Assembly: GCA_951406725.2 (NCBI GenBank)
Contig: OX597827.1
Coordinates: 11,222,001-11,286,000, forward strand
Direction of reading: 5' to 3'
Length of the DNA: 64,000 nt
Source of the DNA: Octopus vulgaris
Lineage: Eukaryota
The position numbers were made by a program, and so were the translations under genes. A model generated the notes under the pieces. It did no database searches and was not told the DNA's origin. It was given only the letters and a program-made list of their open reading frames with translations. Shown here piece by piece: positions 24,841 to 41,274 of this stretch. How positions within the stretch are numbered: the stretch's first letter is position 1; each line of letters begins with the position of its first letter.

Positions 24841-26054
24841 ATATATATATATATATATAATCTACTTACAGTTTTCGTCTACGAAATCCACTCGAAAGTC
24901 CAAGACTCATAGAAAACCTTTGCCCAAGGTACCATGCACTGGGACTGAACCCAGAACCATGTGGTTGGGAAGCAAGCTTCATATCCCACAGCTACACCTG
25001 CACCTATATATTGCCAAAATATTTTTCACTTGATTGAAATTTACCATTTAGTTGTGGAAAGAATCCAAAATCCTAGCAGTAATTATTAGTGAAGCTAAAA
25101 GAAAGGGTTGTTCCCAACCACATGGGCTTGGGTTCAATCCTACTGCACGGTAGATTGGGCAAGTGTCTTGTACTATAACCATGGGCTGACCAAAGACTTT
25201 TCAGTGGATTTGGTAGATGGAAACTGAAAGAAGCCCTTCGTACAAATGTGTGCATGTGTGTATGCATGGGTGTGCGTGTGCATGCATGTGTGTGTGTGTA
25301 TGCATGGGTGTGTCTTTGTGCCTGTATTTGTCCCCATCACTGCTTGACAACTTGTGTTAGTGTGTCTACATATCTGTAACTTAGCAATACATCAAAAGGG
25401 ACTGATAGAATATCAACCAGGTAAAAGCAAAAATGTAAGTTGAGAATGCAATAGCTTGAGACAGAGAGAGCAGCACCAGTTACTGGTTTATATATTGTTT
25501 TCCAAAAATGTTTTTGAATTCTACATTTAAAAACAGAGATTATGGTGCTATGGAAAGAAAAAGGTTTTTACCCTTAGCCTGTCCAAAGATTTTTATAAGT
25601 TTGTCCTGAATGTCCATGCTTGCTTCCAGACATTTTGTCAGCTTTCATCTCATATGTCACGAGCTGAAATATTTGTGTTTGCTGAAGACCATCGTTGCAT
25701 TGTTGGTTGTGAGAAAGACTGATACAGCATCATTTTTAACTGTATGTAAAATCAGGCAGGTTGCATGGATTATAGCAAAAGAAACCTCACAAACGTTCAA
25801 CAACAGATTTTATTGACAGAAAATTATGCATGTATCATACATAAATTATTACAGATTCACTGGTTATTAGAGTAGAAAGTAAGGATAACATTACTGCATT
25901 GGCTTAGCCATTAATATCTGGAGAAAGTGAAAAATGAAGATGCAAGTCCGATGCAAATTGTTAAAGCTTATGGGAGAGAGCTACGATCTGTCTTGCTAGA
26001 AAACCAGCAGCAGTCTGTCATGATTTAGGTAACAAATGTGATTAGCTACGGGAA

Positions 26055-27120
<1,066 letters not shown>

Positions 27121-27243
27121 TTAATATTCAAGATCCTGTTCATGCAATAACTTCAAGCTGATTGGTCAATTTTTAGGTTGTCCACCTGAAAGTGTGATGA
27201 CCATAAACTGATAATTTCACAGATGGAGTTCAAATCCTTACAC

Positions 27244-27448
27244 CAGTGTTCTGCGGAACCTTAGGGTTCCGCCAGTACAGTCCGGGGGTTCCGCAAGAAG
27301 TTACAAAACTACTAAAATCGGCAGTAATTTTTAATTCTCCTGTGCAGATATGTGTGCATAAGACTATTAAATTATTGCACAGGGGTTCCTCGAGCCAGTG
27401 GAATGTTTCCTTGGGGTTCTGCTCCAGCAAAAAGTTTGAAAAGCACTG
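27244..27448. mobile_element. hAT-type MITE, second copy
   Basis: Near-identical to 14877-15095; left TIR damaged. Confidence 0.85.
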
Positions 27449-27859
27449 TTATATGGTGTGTCTTCTGAATAATATAAAGCTTCCTTTTCGCTAGTGCCAA
27501 TTTACTTTGGTGGTTGAAAAACACTGGGAACACGTATCATATATGATGAATGGACACCATGGCAGGCAAAGGAACTGAAGTCCCATTTTTTTTTTTCTTA
27601 AATTATCCCTACCCTATCCCATCTTTCAGAATATCCACAGCTTCTTTGACATCATCTTATGGAAGTTTATAAACTCATCTCTTTTTTTTTTTTGCCCATC
27701 GATGCCTAGAGAAGCAATACATTCTAGTTATGGTAAGAGATGAACAGGGAGTATTTATCTAGCTGCACAGGTTCGGACAGATCAATAATTAACACAAGAT
27801 AAGGCTTCCAAATTGGAAATGCAAGCTGTAAGTGTGGACACAGCATAGACATATGTAGT

Positions 27860-28445
27860 TCATCATCATCATCATCATCATCATCACCACCACCACCACC
27901 ACCACCACCACCACCATCACCACCACCACCATCACTACCGCCATCATCATCATCACCATCACCATTGTCATTGTCATCATCATCATCAGCATCATCACCA
28001 TTGTCATTGTCATCATCATCATCATCACCATCACCATTGTTATCATCATCATCATCATCATCACCATCACCATTGTTATCATCATCATCAGCATCATCAC
28101 CATTGTCATTGTCATCATCATCATCATCACCATCACCATTGTTATCATCATCATCATCATCATCACCATCACCATGTTATCATCATCATCAGCATCATCA
28201 CCATTGTCATTGTCATCATCATCATCATCACCATCACCATTGTTATCATCATCATCAGCATCATCACCATTGTCATTGTCATCATCATCATCATCATCAT
28301 CACCATTATCATCATCATCATCATCATCATCATCACCATCACCATTGTCATTGTCATCATCATCACCATCACCATTGTCATCATCATCATCGTCGTTCTC
28401 GTCATCAGTGTTGTCGTCGTCGTAGTCGTCGTCATCACCATCATT
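27860..28445. repeat. (CAT)/(CAC) repeat with ~60-bp higher-order unit
   Basis: Recurring CAGCATCATCACCATTGTCATTGTCATC. Confidence 0.85.
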
Positions 28446-28879
28446 AGTACTTTAATATTCATTTTATTCATACTGGCATACAATAGATGAGATTTTCAAA
28501 GGCAATATTCAACAGCCTCATACTCCTGTTTACCAAGTGTAGTACTTTGTTTATCAAGTAAAGTACCCTGTACCTTTGGATGTCGAATATTTTTTGCAGA
28601 GAATCAAATAATACTTCATTTTGATTAACTCTTAATAATTGATAGTCTGTCAGAAGAATTTCTTACATGTTTACACAACATGTACAACTTTGTGAGTCCT
28701 ATTAGCAGATGAAACATGTTTAATGGAGAAACAACCCTAAAAATTTTTTCAAACTTCCTGTTTTGTATTATTCACACACACACACACACACACACAATCA
28801 CATACACAAAGGGCTTCTTACTGTTTCTGTTTTGCTCAACCAAATTTCACTCACATCACAAAACAGTTTTTTTTTTATT

Positions 28880-29092
28880 TCTTTATTGCCCACAGGGGGC
28901 TAAGCATAGAGGGGACAAACAAGGACAGACAAAGGGATTAAGTCAATTTATCTGACCCCAGAGCGAAACTGTACTTATTTAATCGACCCCGAAAGGATAA
29001 AAGGCAAAGTTGACCTCGACGGAATTTGAACTCAGAACATAAATGGCAAACGAAATATTGCTAAGCGTTTCACCTGACATGCTAGCATTTCT
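28880..29092 (-). mobile_element. SINE family B
   Basis: Consensus match. Confidence 0.8.
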
Positions 29093-29625
29093 ACATTAAT
29101 TCATATATTTGTTTTCTTGTGATTTACCTTACATTTACTTTGCATCGTTCTGGCTCACCCTTGACTCTTGACCCGGCGTGCTAACGATTCTGCCTGCTCA
29201 CTGCCCAACATCACATCACAAAACATTGGTCACTATGAGTGAAGAAATTCGTCAAGGATGGCAAATAATGGGATGGAACTTCAAAAAAACTGGTTGAAAA
29301 GTGAACTTCATCACCACATAGTAATGAAATGAAAAAAAGAAATGGAAAATTAGTTTGCCTTCCAGTTAAAAATCCAATCAGTTGAACCTTCTAAATCAGA
29401 GCATAACCCTGCATGGAATACCAATGCATTATGCTGTGGGGGAAATCAACAAGAGATAACTGTTATCCTAATCTAATACGTGGCAAAGATATAACATTAG
29501 CCTAATATATATTTTCTTCTATAAACTCACTTAATTTATCAATATTTTCATTTAAAAAAAAAAGAAGTTTTTTAAGCAAAAGCAACAATAAAATGCAAAT
29601 AGGCAAACAAAAAGAAAAAAGAATT

Positions 29626-29997
29626 AAACAAGAACACTCAGAGAGTGCAAACCTACACCAAGGCAAACACTAACATCCTCTCAACGATTGCCCAGAGATG
29701 ATTTTTAAAATAAGAATATCTGAAATAAACTCGACTGCTCTCACAAAAGATAATAATAAAAATGAACCCGACCGTTCTCAAAAAGTAAGTAAAAATAATT
29801 GGAAAAATAATTCAAAATCCTTGTCTGGTACCAGATCAATCCCAAAAGGTAATCAGTTCATGCCAGTCACAAGGCCAAACATCCCTGAAAGTTTCATCCA
29901 AATCCATCCAGTGGTTCTTGAGATATCTTGACTATGGACATACAAACAAACACAACTAAAAACAATACCTCTGCTTTCGCTAAGGCAGAGGTAATAA
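29626..29997 (-). mobile_element. Non-autonomous Helentron/HINE-like element
   Basis: Terminal hairpin ACCTCTGC-TTTCGCTAAG-GCAGAGGT, degenerate subterminal IR near 29651, short hairpin ACACTC-AGA-GAGTGC, AAACAAG end, (ACAA)n. Confidence 0.55.
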
Positions 29998-30281
29998 ATA
30001 GATAATTAATAATGAATAAAAACCTAAACCCTGAAAATGTTTTAAAGAAGATATTTAATTTATTTTTGTGTAGTTTTTAGTTCTCCAGCTTACGAACCTT
30101 CTGAATGCTAAAATTAAGTTAAAATTAAGATAACATAAACCAAGGAAATAAATCAGCTTCATCCACCATTCAGATTTTAAATCCTAAAATAATCCAATGT
30201 AATTTTGGCAGATCTGAGTTCCTGAAACGTCTTATATATTCACACAAATATGTATGTAGATACTATATGCATATATACATA

Positions 30282-30426
30282 TGGTTGGCGTTAGGAAGGG
30301 CATCCAGCTGTAGAAACATTGCCAGATTAGACTGGAGCCTGGTGCAGCCTTCTGGCTTCCCAGAACCCCGGTCGAACCGTCCAACCCATGCTAGCATGGA
30401 GAACGGACGTTAAATGACGATGATGA
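30282..30426 (+). mobile_element. SINE family C 3' part
   Basis: Core and tail. Confidence 0.8.
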
Positions 30427-30662
30427 TATATATATATAATAAAATATTAGGGAATAAATCCAAACTTACAGGGAAAAATCAGATTTAGGATTCAATCCAA
30501 TTTTATAGTAAAATATTATATTATATTAAATTAATTATCTTTTTTTAATAATTTTGATATATATTTAAAATAATATAACTTAATTAATCTTATGTATTGG
30601 CTTAAGTTTTTCATTGTATGATTTGCCTAATAGTGGTTTTATCTCTAATTTAATTTAATATA

Positions 30663-30695
<33 letters not shown>

Positions 30696-30740
30696 GTATA
30701 TACACACACACATGTGTACCTATGTATATATGTAGATAAT

Positions 30741-30777
<37 letters not shown>

Positions 30778-31059
30778 GTATGTATATATGTACATGCACA
30801 CACATACACATATATATACATGTATTACATGTGTACACACACACTCACTTATACACTCACAAAAAGATTTATGCATGGCTATGTGGTAAGAAGTTTGCTT
30901 GTCAGCCATGTAGCTCCAGGTTCAGTCCCCACTGTGTGGCAACTCGGGCAGGTGTCTTCTACTATAGCCTCAACAGATGGAAACTGGAGAAAGCCTTCAT
31001 ATATAAATATGTGTGTGTGTGTGTGTGTGTGTACGAGCATTTGTGTTCATGCATACTCT

Positions 31060-31263
31060 CTTTTTTACTCTTTTACTTGTTTCAGTCATTTGACTGTGGC
31101 CATGCTGGAGCACCACCTTCAGTCAAGCAAATTGACTCCAGGACTTATTCTCTGCAAGCTTAGTACTTATTCTATTGGTCGCTTTTGCCGAACTGCTAGG
31201 TTACAGGGACATAAACACACCAGCATCAGTTGTCAAGCAATGTTGGGGGGACAAACAGACACA

Positions 31264-31300
<37 letters not shown>

Positions 31301-31452
31301 GACGGGCTTCTTTCAATTTCCGTCTACCAAATCCATTCACAAGGCTTTGGTCGGCCCGAGGCTATAGTAGAAGACACTTGCCCAAGGTGCCACGCAGTGG
31401 GACTGAACCCAGAACCATGTGGTTGATAAGCAAGCTACTTACCACACAGTCA
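31060..31452 (-). mobile_element. SINE family A (with a partial + copy at 30875-30995)
   Basis: Consensus match. Confidence 0.85.
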
Positions 31453-31750
31453 GTGCTTCCACATGTCTTTACAGTGGAACTGCTTATGCAATCGTGACAC
31501 TGTTTAGGCTTTGCATAAACAAAAGGACAAAGTAGCTCAGTTGTTTGTCATGTGAAAATATGAAGAAGCAGTACCCTATTTTATAAAACTATAAAAAAAG
31601 AATAAAAATATGAAAAAAAACAAAACAAAGGTACCTGGCCATTGGATATTGGTTTCAAATTTTGACACCAGGCCAGCAGTTTCAGGGGTGGGGCTGGGGG
31701 TGAGAAATTGACCACATCATCCCTAGTGCTCAACTGGCACTTACTTTATT

Positions 31751-31995
31751 GTGGAGGCACGTGGCTTAGTGGTTGGGGTGTTGCACTTATCATCATAAGA
31801 TTGTGTTTTCGATTCCTGGACCAGGCAATGCATTGCATTCTTGGGCAAAACACTTCATTTCACATTGCACCAGTCCACTCAGTTGGCAAAAGTGAGTAAT
31901 CCTGTGACTGACCGTTGAAGAATATATATACTCCATTGAAACCAGGGACCAAGCCCTAAATGAATCGGTATGGCTCAAGAAGGTAGCTTTACCTT
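31751..31995 (+). mobile_element. SINE family D
   Basis: Head and CORE-like segment. Confidence 0.7.
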
Positions 31996-32323
31996 CATCT
32001 TTATTTACTTTAATGACTTAAAAAAATGAAAGGCCAAGTTGATTTTGGCGGAATTTGAACTCAGAACGTAAAAACAGATGAAATGCTGCTAAGCATGTTA
32101 CCCAGTGTGGTAGCCATTCTGCCAGCTCACTGCTTCACTGATTGAAAGAATATTAGCTTCAAATTTTGGCACAAGGTCTGCAGCTTCAAGAGAAGGGTTA
32201 AGTTGATTATATTGACCCAGTGTTCAAATGGTACTTATTTTATCAAGACTCAAATGGAAGAAAGACAAAGTCAACATTCACGAAATTTGAACTCAGGACG
32301 TAAAGATGGATGAAATGTTACTT

Positions 32324-33402
32324 GGCATAGGAGTGGCTGTGTGGTAAGTAGCTTGCTTACCAACCAAATGTTCTGGGTTCAGTCCCACTGCGTGACACCT
32401 TGGGCAAGTGTCTTCTACTATAGCCTCGGGCCAACCAAAGCCTTGTGAGTGGATTTGGTAGATGGAAACTAAAAGAAGCCCATCGAATATATGTATATGT
32501 ATATATGTGTGTGTGTGTGTTTGTGTGTCTGTGTTTGACCCCCCAACATCACTTGACAACCGATGCTGGAGTGTTTACATCCCTGTAACTTAGTGGTTCG
32601 GCAAAAGAGACCAATAGAATAAGCACTAGGCTTACAAAGAATAAGTCGTGGGGTCGATTTGCTCGACTAAAGGCGGTGCTCCAGCATGGCCACAGTCAAA
32701 TGACCGAAACAAGTAAAAGAATAAAAGAATAAAAGAACCATTTTGCCCGGGGCTGTCACATTTCTACCAGTCTGCCACCTCATCTGGCCATATAATATTA
32801 CCTTAAGAATTCTCATCTTAACTCAGGCCAATGTGGAAAACAACAAATATCAAAACATAAAAACAAATAAATATGTATGAAGGAGGAGTGGCTGTGTGGT
32901 AAGTAGCCTGCTTACCAACCACATGGTTCCGGGTTCAGTCCCACTGCATGGGACCTTGGGCAAGTGTCTTCTACTATAGCCTCGGGCCGACCAAAGCCTA
33001 GTGAGTTGATTTGGTAGACGGAAACTGAAAGAAGCCCGTCATATATATGTATATATATTTATATATGTGTGTGTCTGTGTTTGTCCCCCTAGCATTGCTT
33101 GACAACCGATGCTGGTGTGTTTACGTCCACGTCACTTAGCGGTTCGGCAAATGAGACCGATAGAATAAGTACTGGGCTTACAATGAATAAGTCCCGGAGT
33201 CGAGTTGCTCGATTAAAGGCGGTGCTCCAGTATGGCCGCAGTCAAAGAATAAAAGAACCATTTTGCCCGGGGCTGTCACATTTCTACCAGCCTGCCACCT
33301 CATCTGGCCATATAATATTACCTTAAGAATTCTCATCTTAACTCAGGCCAATGAGGAAAACAACAAATATTAAAACATAAAAACAAATAAATATGTATGA
33401 AG
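32324..33402 (+). repeat. SINE A - 150-bp block - SINE A - 150-bp block tandem arrangement
   Basis: Block 32732-32882 repeated at 33251-33402. Confidence 0.85.
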
Positions 33403-34216
33403 AAGATGGATAGGAAAATGCGTGGATGGATGTATCCATGCATGTGAACCAATTGAGGAATGCTCGTTGTTGTCAAGATGTGCCTAGAATAAATTAATAA
33501 CAAAACTTATTTTCTGCTTGCTCCTCATTTATCATCAAAAGCTTACAGTTGGTCTTAAGGCTCAAAAAGTGAATTCAGCAGAATTTTCATTTGCATAAAA
33601 TAATTAGACTTCCTTAAATTTTGATTCAAATATCCCTAATGAGTCAAAAATAAAAATTGATTAGATAATTAACAAACTTCTATCTGTATATTTTATACAT
33701 AATTAATGTCATTTACTGCAATTTCATTGGTTTGTAAAATCTAAAAGAAATAAAAAATCAAGTATTACATTTGAACTGCATGAAATGGAAGATTTACCCA
33801 GCAGAAACATTAGTCACTGGCCTAAAGCTTGGGTAGTGTTTTTGTTATTTGATATTTTAGTTTGAGATATTTTCATGCATAAAATTAAATTTTGTTTTTA
33901 AATATGCTAAATTAAATTTAAATATAAAAATATTTTTAAATGAATTAGATAACTTAGTTTAAGAATAATTTCTTATATTAGCCAATGCTACAAATGTGTA
34001 AGATGTGGGTGTGATCAGTTTAATTAACCCTTATATACTACAGCTTCTTAATTTGTTGAATCCTAGATGTGGTTCCTTTGTTATCAATTGGTGTGCTAAA
34101 AACTGCAGTGAAATCACCCTCATATTAAACCCTACCATCTTACTATAAAAAGAATACATAAGCTAATGCTATTATAATTGCGCACTGCCTACTAAATAAT
34201 GATGATAATAATAATC

Positions 34217-34251
<35 letters not shown>

Positions 34252-34304
34252 CATCATCATAATAATAATAATAATAATAATAATCATAATAATAATAATA
34301 ATAA

Positions 34305-35035
34305 TAAGCCTTTCTGCTATAGGCACAAGGGCTGAAATTTTGAGGGAGGTGCTAAGTCGATTATATCGACCCTAGTACTCAACTGGTAATTACTTCATCA
34401 ACCCTGAAAGGATGAAAGGAAAAGTTGACCCCAGTGGCATTTGAACTCAGAACGTAGTGACAGGCAAAATACCACTAAACATTTTGCATGGCATGCTAAT
34501 GATTCTGCCAACTCATCACCTTAAATATATTAATAATAATAATAATAATAATAATCCATTCCATTATAGGCACAATGTGGCGGGGGGGACTAGTCAATTA
34601 CCTTGACCCCAGTACTCAACTGGTACTTATGTTATCGACTCTGAAAGGATGAAAGGTAAAGCTAACTCCAATGAAATTTCAACTCAGAACATAAAAAAAA
34701 CTAAAATGCCGGTGCCCCAAGCATTTTGCCTGTTCAAATTCCACTGAGGTCGACTTCGCCTTTCATCTTTACAGGGTCAATAAAATAAGTACCAGTTGTG
34801 TACTGGGGTCAATCTAATCGATTGGTCCCCTCCCACCAAAAAATTTTGGGCCTTGTACCTAGAGTAGAAAATGATAATAATAGCAATAAAAACAACAATA
34901 ATAATAATCCCTTCAAATTTTGGAGCAAGGCCTGAAAATTTCAGGTAAGTTGGGGGAGGGGCCAATTGATTTCATCAACCCCAGTTCTTGACTGATACTT
35001 ATTTCATCAACCCTAAAAAGATTAAAGGCAAAGCT
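34305..35035. mobile_element. Cluster of four family B SINE copies beside (AAT)n
   Basis: Core seen at ~34405(-), 34645(-), 34755(+), 35015(-). Confidence 0.75.
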
Positions 35036-35519
35036 ATTTACAGTTGAAGTTTGCCTCTGTCATTATGGCTAAGGACCTCAGAAATGTTCTGACAATCCAT
35101 TGAACACTCAATAAAGGACCAATTTCTTGAACCTTAATGAATGTTTCAGTTACTCAAGGCAAGTGATAGTATGCGTAATACTTGGAAACCAGGGCAGCAT
35201 CTCCTCCTCCTCCTCCTCCTCATCATCATCATCATTTAATGTCCATTTACCGTGCTTGCATGATTTGGCGAGTTTGGCAGGAACTGGCAAGCCAGAGGAC
35301 TGCATCAAGCTCCAATGTCTACTTTGGCATATTTCTATGCCCTTCCTAACACCAACCACTTACAGAGTGTACTGGGTGCTTTTGTGTGGCACTGGCTCTT
35401 ATTTGGTTACTAAGTAACATGCAAGACAAGACCTATTGACTGAGAGTAGGGAGTAGTAATGAGGGATGTGATATGCATTTGATTGATATGGTATACATTT
35501 CATTGATGTTGTATATATA

Positions 35520-35920
35520 GGTGCAGGAGTGGCTGTGTGGTAAGTAGCTTGTTTACCAATCACATGGTTCCGGGTTCAGTCTCACTGCGTGGCACCTTGG
35601 GCAAGTGTCTTCTACTATAGCCTTGGGCCGACCAAAGCCTTGTGAGCTGATTTGGTAGATGGAAACTGAAAGAAGCCCGTCGTATATATGTATATGTATA
35701 TATATATGCGTGTGTGTCTGTGTTTGTCCCTCTAGCATTGCTTGATAACCGATGCTGGTGTGTTTATGTCCCCGTTACTTAGCAGTTCGGCAAAAGAGAC
35801 CAATAGAATAAGTACTGGGCTTACAAAAGAATAAGTCCCGGGGTCGAGTTGTTCGATTAAAGGTGGTGCTCCAGCATGGCCACAGTCAAATGACTGAAAC
35901 AAGTAAAAGAGTAAAGAGAG
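35520..35920 (+). mobile_element. SINE family A inserted into a minisatellite
   Basis: Minisatellite units on both sides. Confidence 0.85.
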
Positions 35921-35924
35921 TATA

Positions 35925-36320
35925 CAATTGATGGTATATATTTGAATGATGTGCCATATATTTGATTGATGTAGTATACATTATATTGATGTGATATAAA
36001 TTTGATTGATGTAATGTACATTTGATTGATGTGGTATATATTTGATTGATGAAGTATACATTTGATTGATGTGATATATATTTGATTAATCTAGTGTACA
36101 TTTGACTGATGAAGTACATATTTGATTGATATAGTATACATTTGATTGATGCGGTATAAATTTGATTAATGATGTTTACATTTAATTGATAAGAAATAAA
36201 CTTGATTGATGTGGTATATATTTGATTGATGTGGTATATATTTGATTGATGTAGTATTCCTTTAATTGACTTGGTATATCTTTGATTATGTGATTTTACA
36301 TTTGACTTGATGTTGCATAT
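35925..36320. repeat. 20-bp minisatellite (TTTGATTGATGTGGTATATA consensus), ~19 units
   Basis: Regular 20-nt period. Confidence 0.9.
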
Positions 36321-36923
36321 ATCTGATGCTATTTCACATGATAATCACCACAAGAATTAAATGCATTTACAAGTAGCATACTCGTGGTAAGCTGCAGAAA
36401 ACAGTTCAAGCATATTGGTTCTACAGATGTGCCAGTAGGGCTAGTTAATATATGTCCGCTGTGGGGTGATACAGAGTAAATGGCTGTTATTCAATGACCA
36501 CGGACTGTCTTGGGTTTATCAGTAATTTGTACGTGTTTTGTTATTTATTTTAGAGGGTCTCTAAAGTCAACCTTATGCCCGAGCAAACTTGTTTGGGATT
36601 GGGGTTGCTTCTTCAGTAACTGAAAGCCTCCTCACATGCAAAGGGAGATTGCGTTACCATACATGACTACCAATAGCACATCTCTGCCTGGTTTCATACC
36701 ATGTACACACACACACACACACATACACTGATACACACACACTCAGGCATACACATACTCACATACATACACATATACAAATACATTCACATATAACACA
36801 CTACACACATAAACTTATACACACACAAAAATGATCACACACACACACACATACTAGAAATTCTCCATGATATGCAAACCATAAATCTCTATAACTTTTG
36901 AATCAACTTTCTTCCACATTTTC

Positions 36924-37136
<213 letters not shown>

Positions 37137-37639
37137 GTATATATGTATATGTTGTTTTCTGTGTTTTATTTTTAATTTTGTTTTTGTGAAAGCTTCATTT
37201 GATGTGAAGGTTTTTCCACCAACTGATGTGATTTAAACAATGGCTTGCGTTGGTTTCAAGGTAGCGTATGTCATTAAAATAGCATGCTAAATCAATATGT
37301 TAGTTTCTTCTTAAGTCTCTCTGCTTCTTGACTTTGAGCTTCTTAAAATGAACGATTTTTATGGCATTCATTGAAGGGAAGTTTGGCATGCTAGTTTGTT
37401 TGTTTGTTTGTTTAAGAGATGTTAGTGGAATGGAGTGGAGGTAAAAAAAAAAGGGAAAGGGTAGAGTGTGGTGAGAGTGGTGTAATGAGAGAGGGAGAGA
37501 GAGAGAGAGGGTAGGAGAGGAAGAGACAGACAAAGAGGGGGGGTGAGGAAAATGTGTGAAGAAGAGTAAGAGTAAGCTGGAAAACAGAGAGAGAGAGAGA
37601 GAGAGGATTAGGTGATTTCATGCATGTAAATGTATGCAA

Positions 37640-37707
<68 letters not shown>

Positions 37708-37832
37708 CAATATAAATATATGTGAGCATAAGTATGTATATGTGTGTGTATGAAAGTGTGCATGTGTGCATGTAAGTGTGCATATGTGTGCATATATATG
37801 TATGTATGTGTATGTATGTATGTCTATCTATC

Positions 37833-37869
<37 letters not shown>

Positions 37870-37918
37870 GCATCATCATGATGCATATATATGTAAATAC
37901 ACATGTGCATGTACATAC

Positions 37919-38000
<82 letters not shown>

Positions 38001-38659
38001 TTATTTCTATATATATATATAAATATGTGGTATGTATAAAAACCTATGTATTGACACCTACATATATTCATACATATATACGCACATAATGCATATATAT
38101 AAATACAGAGATATTTAAGTAATGTATGTATGTATGTATGTATGTATGAACACATGTTTGTGCAATGAGAAAGAATAAAGTAGTCTCAGTAGATATAAGA
38201 TATTTCTTGGAGGAACTATGAGAAATTACCAAAAAAAAAAAACCCAAAAAAAAACCCCCCCCCAAAAAAAAAATAAAACATAAATGTGGAAGAGGGAAAA
38301 GATGTAAAAAAAAAAAAAAACAGAAAAAAAAAGAGAGAAAGTGTAACAGAAAAGTATGGGTGGAAAAATGGGTGGAAAGAGAAAAGGGAAATGAGATAGA
38401 AAGAGGGGCGAAGAGAAAACAGAAAGTTAATTTGATGGTTGATTAAATCACTTTATCACGGAAAAGCAGAAATATATACTTTCTATATATTAAAATAATG
38501 GGATTAGTATAGAGACTGTTGAAGAGATGATTAATTTTCAAACTCTTCTGTGAATTATTTGTAAATAATCATGGGAAACAGCGAGACAGCTAGGCTTGGA
38601 AAAGATTACCAAAGTTTATTACAACAATAGGTAATAATTAAACCCAGAATCTCAAAATA

Positions 38660-38710
38660 CTTGTGTGAGTATGTATGTATTTATGTATATGTGTATGCAT
38701 ATATACATAT

Positions 38711-38762
<52 letters not shown>

Positions 38763-38772
38763 ATGTACATAC

Positions 38773-38821
<49 letters not shown>

Positions 38822-38936
38822 CGCACACACACACATGCATATATATGTATGTATGTATGTATTTATGTATATGTGTATGCATATATACATATATACATGT
38901 ATATATATTTATATATATGTGTGTGTGTGTATGTAC

Positions 38937-38979
<43 letters not shown>

Positions 38980-39300
38980 CGCACACACACACATGCATAT
39001 ATGTATGTATGTATGTATTTATGTATATGTGTATGCATATATACATATATACATATATATATATATATGTGTGTGTGTGTATGTGTACCTAAATATATAT
39101 ATATATATATATATACGCACACACACACATGCATATATGGACATATATATAGACATATATGTGTGTATGTATGTATTTATGTATATGTGTATGCATATAT
39201 ACATATATACATGTATATATATATATGTGTGTGTACATAAATATATATATACACGCATATGCATATATGGACATAATGGACATATACATATATATGTAGA
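38660..39300. repeat. Higher-order tandem repeat of a ~160-bp microsatellite mosaic, ~4 units
   Basis: Recurring ATGTATTTATGTATATGTGTATGCATATATACAT and TACGCACACACACATGC. Confidence 0.8.
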
Positions 39301-39955
39301 CATATATATGTATGTGTGTGTGTGTGCATATATATATATATATATATGTGTGTATATATATACATATACATACCCATACATAATGCATACATACATACAT
39401 ATATATATATATGTGTGTATGCATCTATGTATGTATGCATGTATGTGTAAATATATATGTCTGCGTGTGTGTGTATGTGTCTGTGTGTGTGTGTGTGGTG
39501 TATAAGTACGTGTGTATTGGCTTTTGCCAGATCAAAAAAGAACATAGAATGGTAACAAATAAAAATATGACATCATCATTCATCATATTACACAACTTTT
39601 TGCAAATATTATTTTCTTTACTCCCAAATTTTCGTCTGCAAAATAACCTCCAACCAAATATTTCTAAATCAAAACATTATTTTTCACTGTTTTTTCAAGA
39701 TGAAAGAAAAACTTTTAAAGATAGTCTAGAGTAAATTTTCTTTCAAGGTATTATGAATCTTCTTGTATTGACATTAACTACAAAATTCTTCATCTTATAT
39801 TAATATTAGCAACAGATTCAACGAAGAATTTTTAAATATTCTTGTATTTAAGATCAATATATAAATAAAAGTGGAGAAGAGTAAATAAATGATATCAATA
39901 TTCTTCATATTTAAAATATTTGCTTGAAAATAACCTCTTTCTCTTTCTCTCTCTT

Positions 39956-40008
<53 letters not shown>

Positions 40009-40037
40009 TTATATACATATATATGTACATATACATG

Positions 40038-40219
<182 letters not shown>

Positions 40220-40392
40220 CATATACATAGATGTATAAATATATTTCTGGAAATCTTATTTCATTAATTCCAAGTTCAAAATCTGTACAAGACAAAATCA
40301 AAATTTGTTTCAAAATTTTCATATGTCAACAGCTCCTTCTTTTCTACAGTTTTTCATGCATACATACATACATACATACATACATACATACA

Positions 40393-40426
<34 letters not shown>

Positions 40427-40554
40427 CATACATACATACATACATACATACATACATACTTATTTATAAGCTAAAGAGGGAGCCAATGATGTGATTGGTT
40501 TTCCTAAACCAAATAGTTTCCTAAAAAGGTAAAACACATATTCTTGTTCACAAA

Positions 40555-41075
40555 TGGATGTGTGGTAAGAAGTGTGCTTCTCAACCACACGGTTCCAGGT
40601 TCAATCCCACTGCATGGCACCTTGGGCAAGTGCCTTCTCTATAGCTTCAGGTCAACCAAAGCCATGTGAGTGGATTTGGTAGACAGAACCCTGTCATATA
40701 TGCATATATTTATGTGTGTGATGTGTGTGTGTTTTTCCCTGTATTTGTCCCCTACCACTGCTTGACAATTGGTATTGGTGTATTTACATCTCCATAACTT
40801 AGCAGTTTGGTTAAAGATACTGATGGAATAAGTATTAGGCTTAAAGAAATGATAAATACTGGGGTTGGCTCATTAAACTAAAATTTCTGTCCCAGCATGG
40901 CTACCATCTAATGAATCATCATCATCATTGTTTAACGTCCACTTTCCATGCTAGCATGGGTTGGATGATTTGACTGGCACAGAAGCCAGTTAGCTGCTCT
41001 GTCAATGATCATGCTCAGATGGTGCTCTTAGCGTTCCACTAGCAGAAGATGCCAGTCATGAAACAAGTAAAAGAT
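40555..41075 (+). mobile_element. SINE family A with a family C fragment (minus, ~40915-41055) inserted near the tail
   Basis: Tail GAAACAAGTAAAAG resumes at ~41060. Confidence 0.7.
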
Positions 41076-41274
41076 TAGGGATACAAAATAAAAAGATATG
41101 TGTGCCTCATATTTGCAATTAAACAGCATCTGGCCCCAAACTAAACTACACCCACATAAAAAACTAATACCATCACAAATAGATACTCATGTAAAGCATT
41201 TACTCCTTGGATTAATATAAATATTGGTACTGATTCCATTTGGGCAAATTGAATCAGTGCCAACATAAGCATAA

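Noticed and set aside
35925-36320. CRISPR-like periodicity (TTTGATTGAT + 10 nt)
   Set aside because: The 10-nt parts are related to one another; degenerate 20-bp minisatellite in eukaryotic DNA, no cas genes
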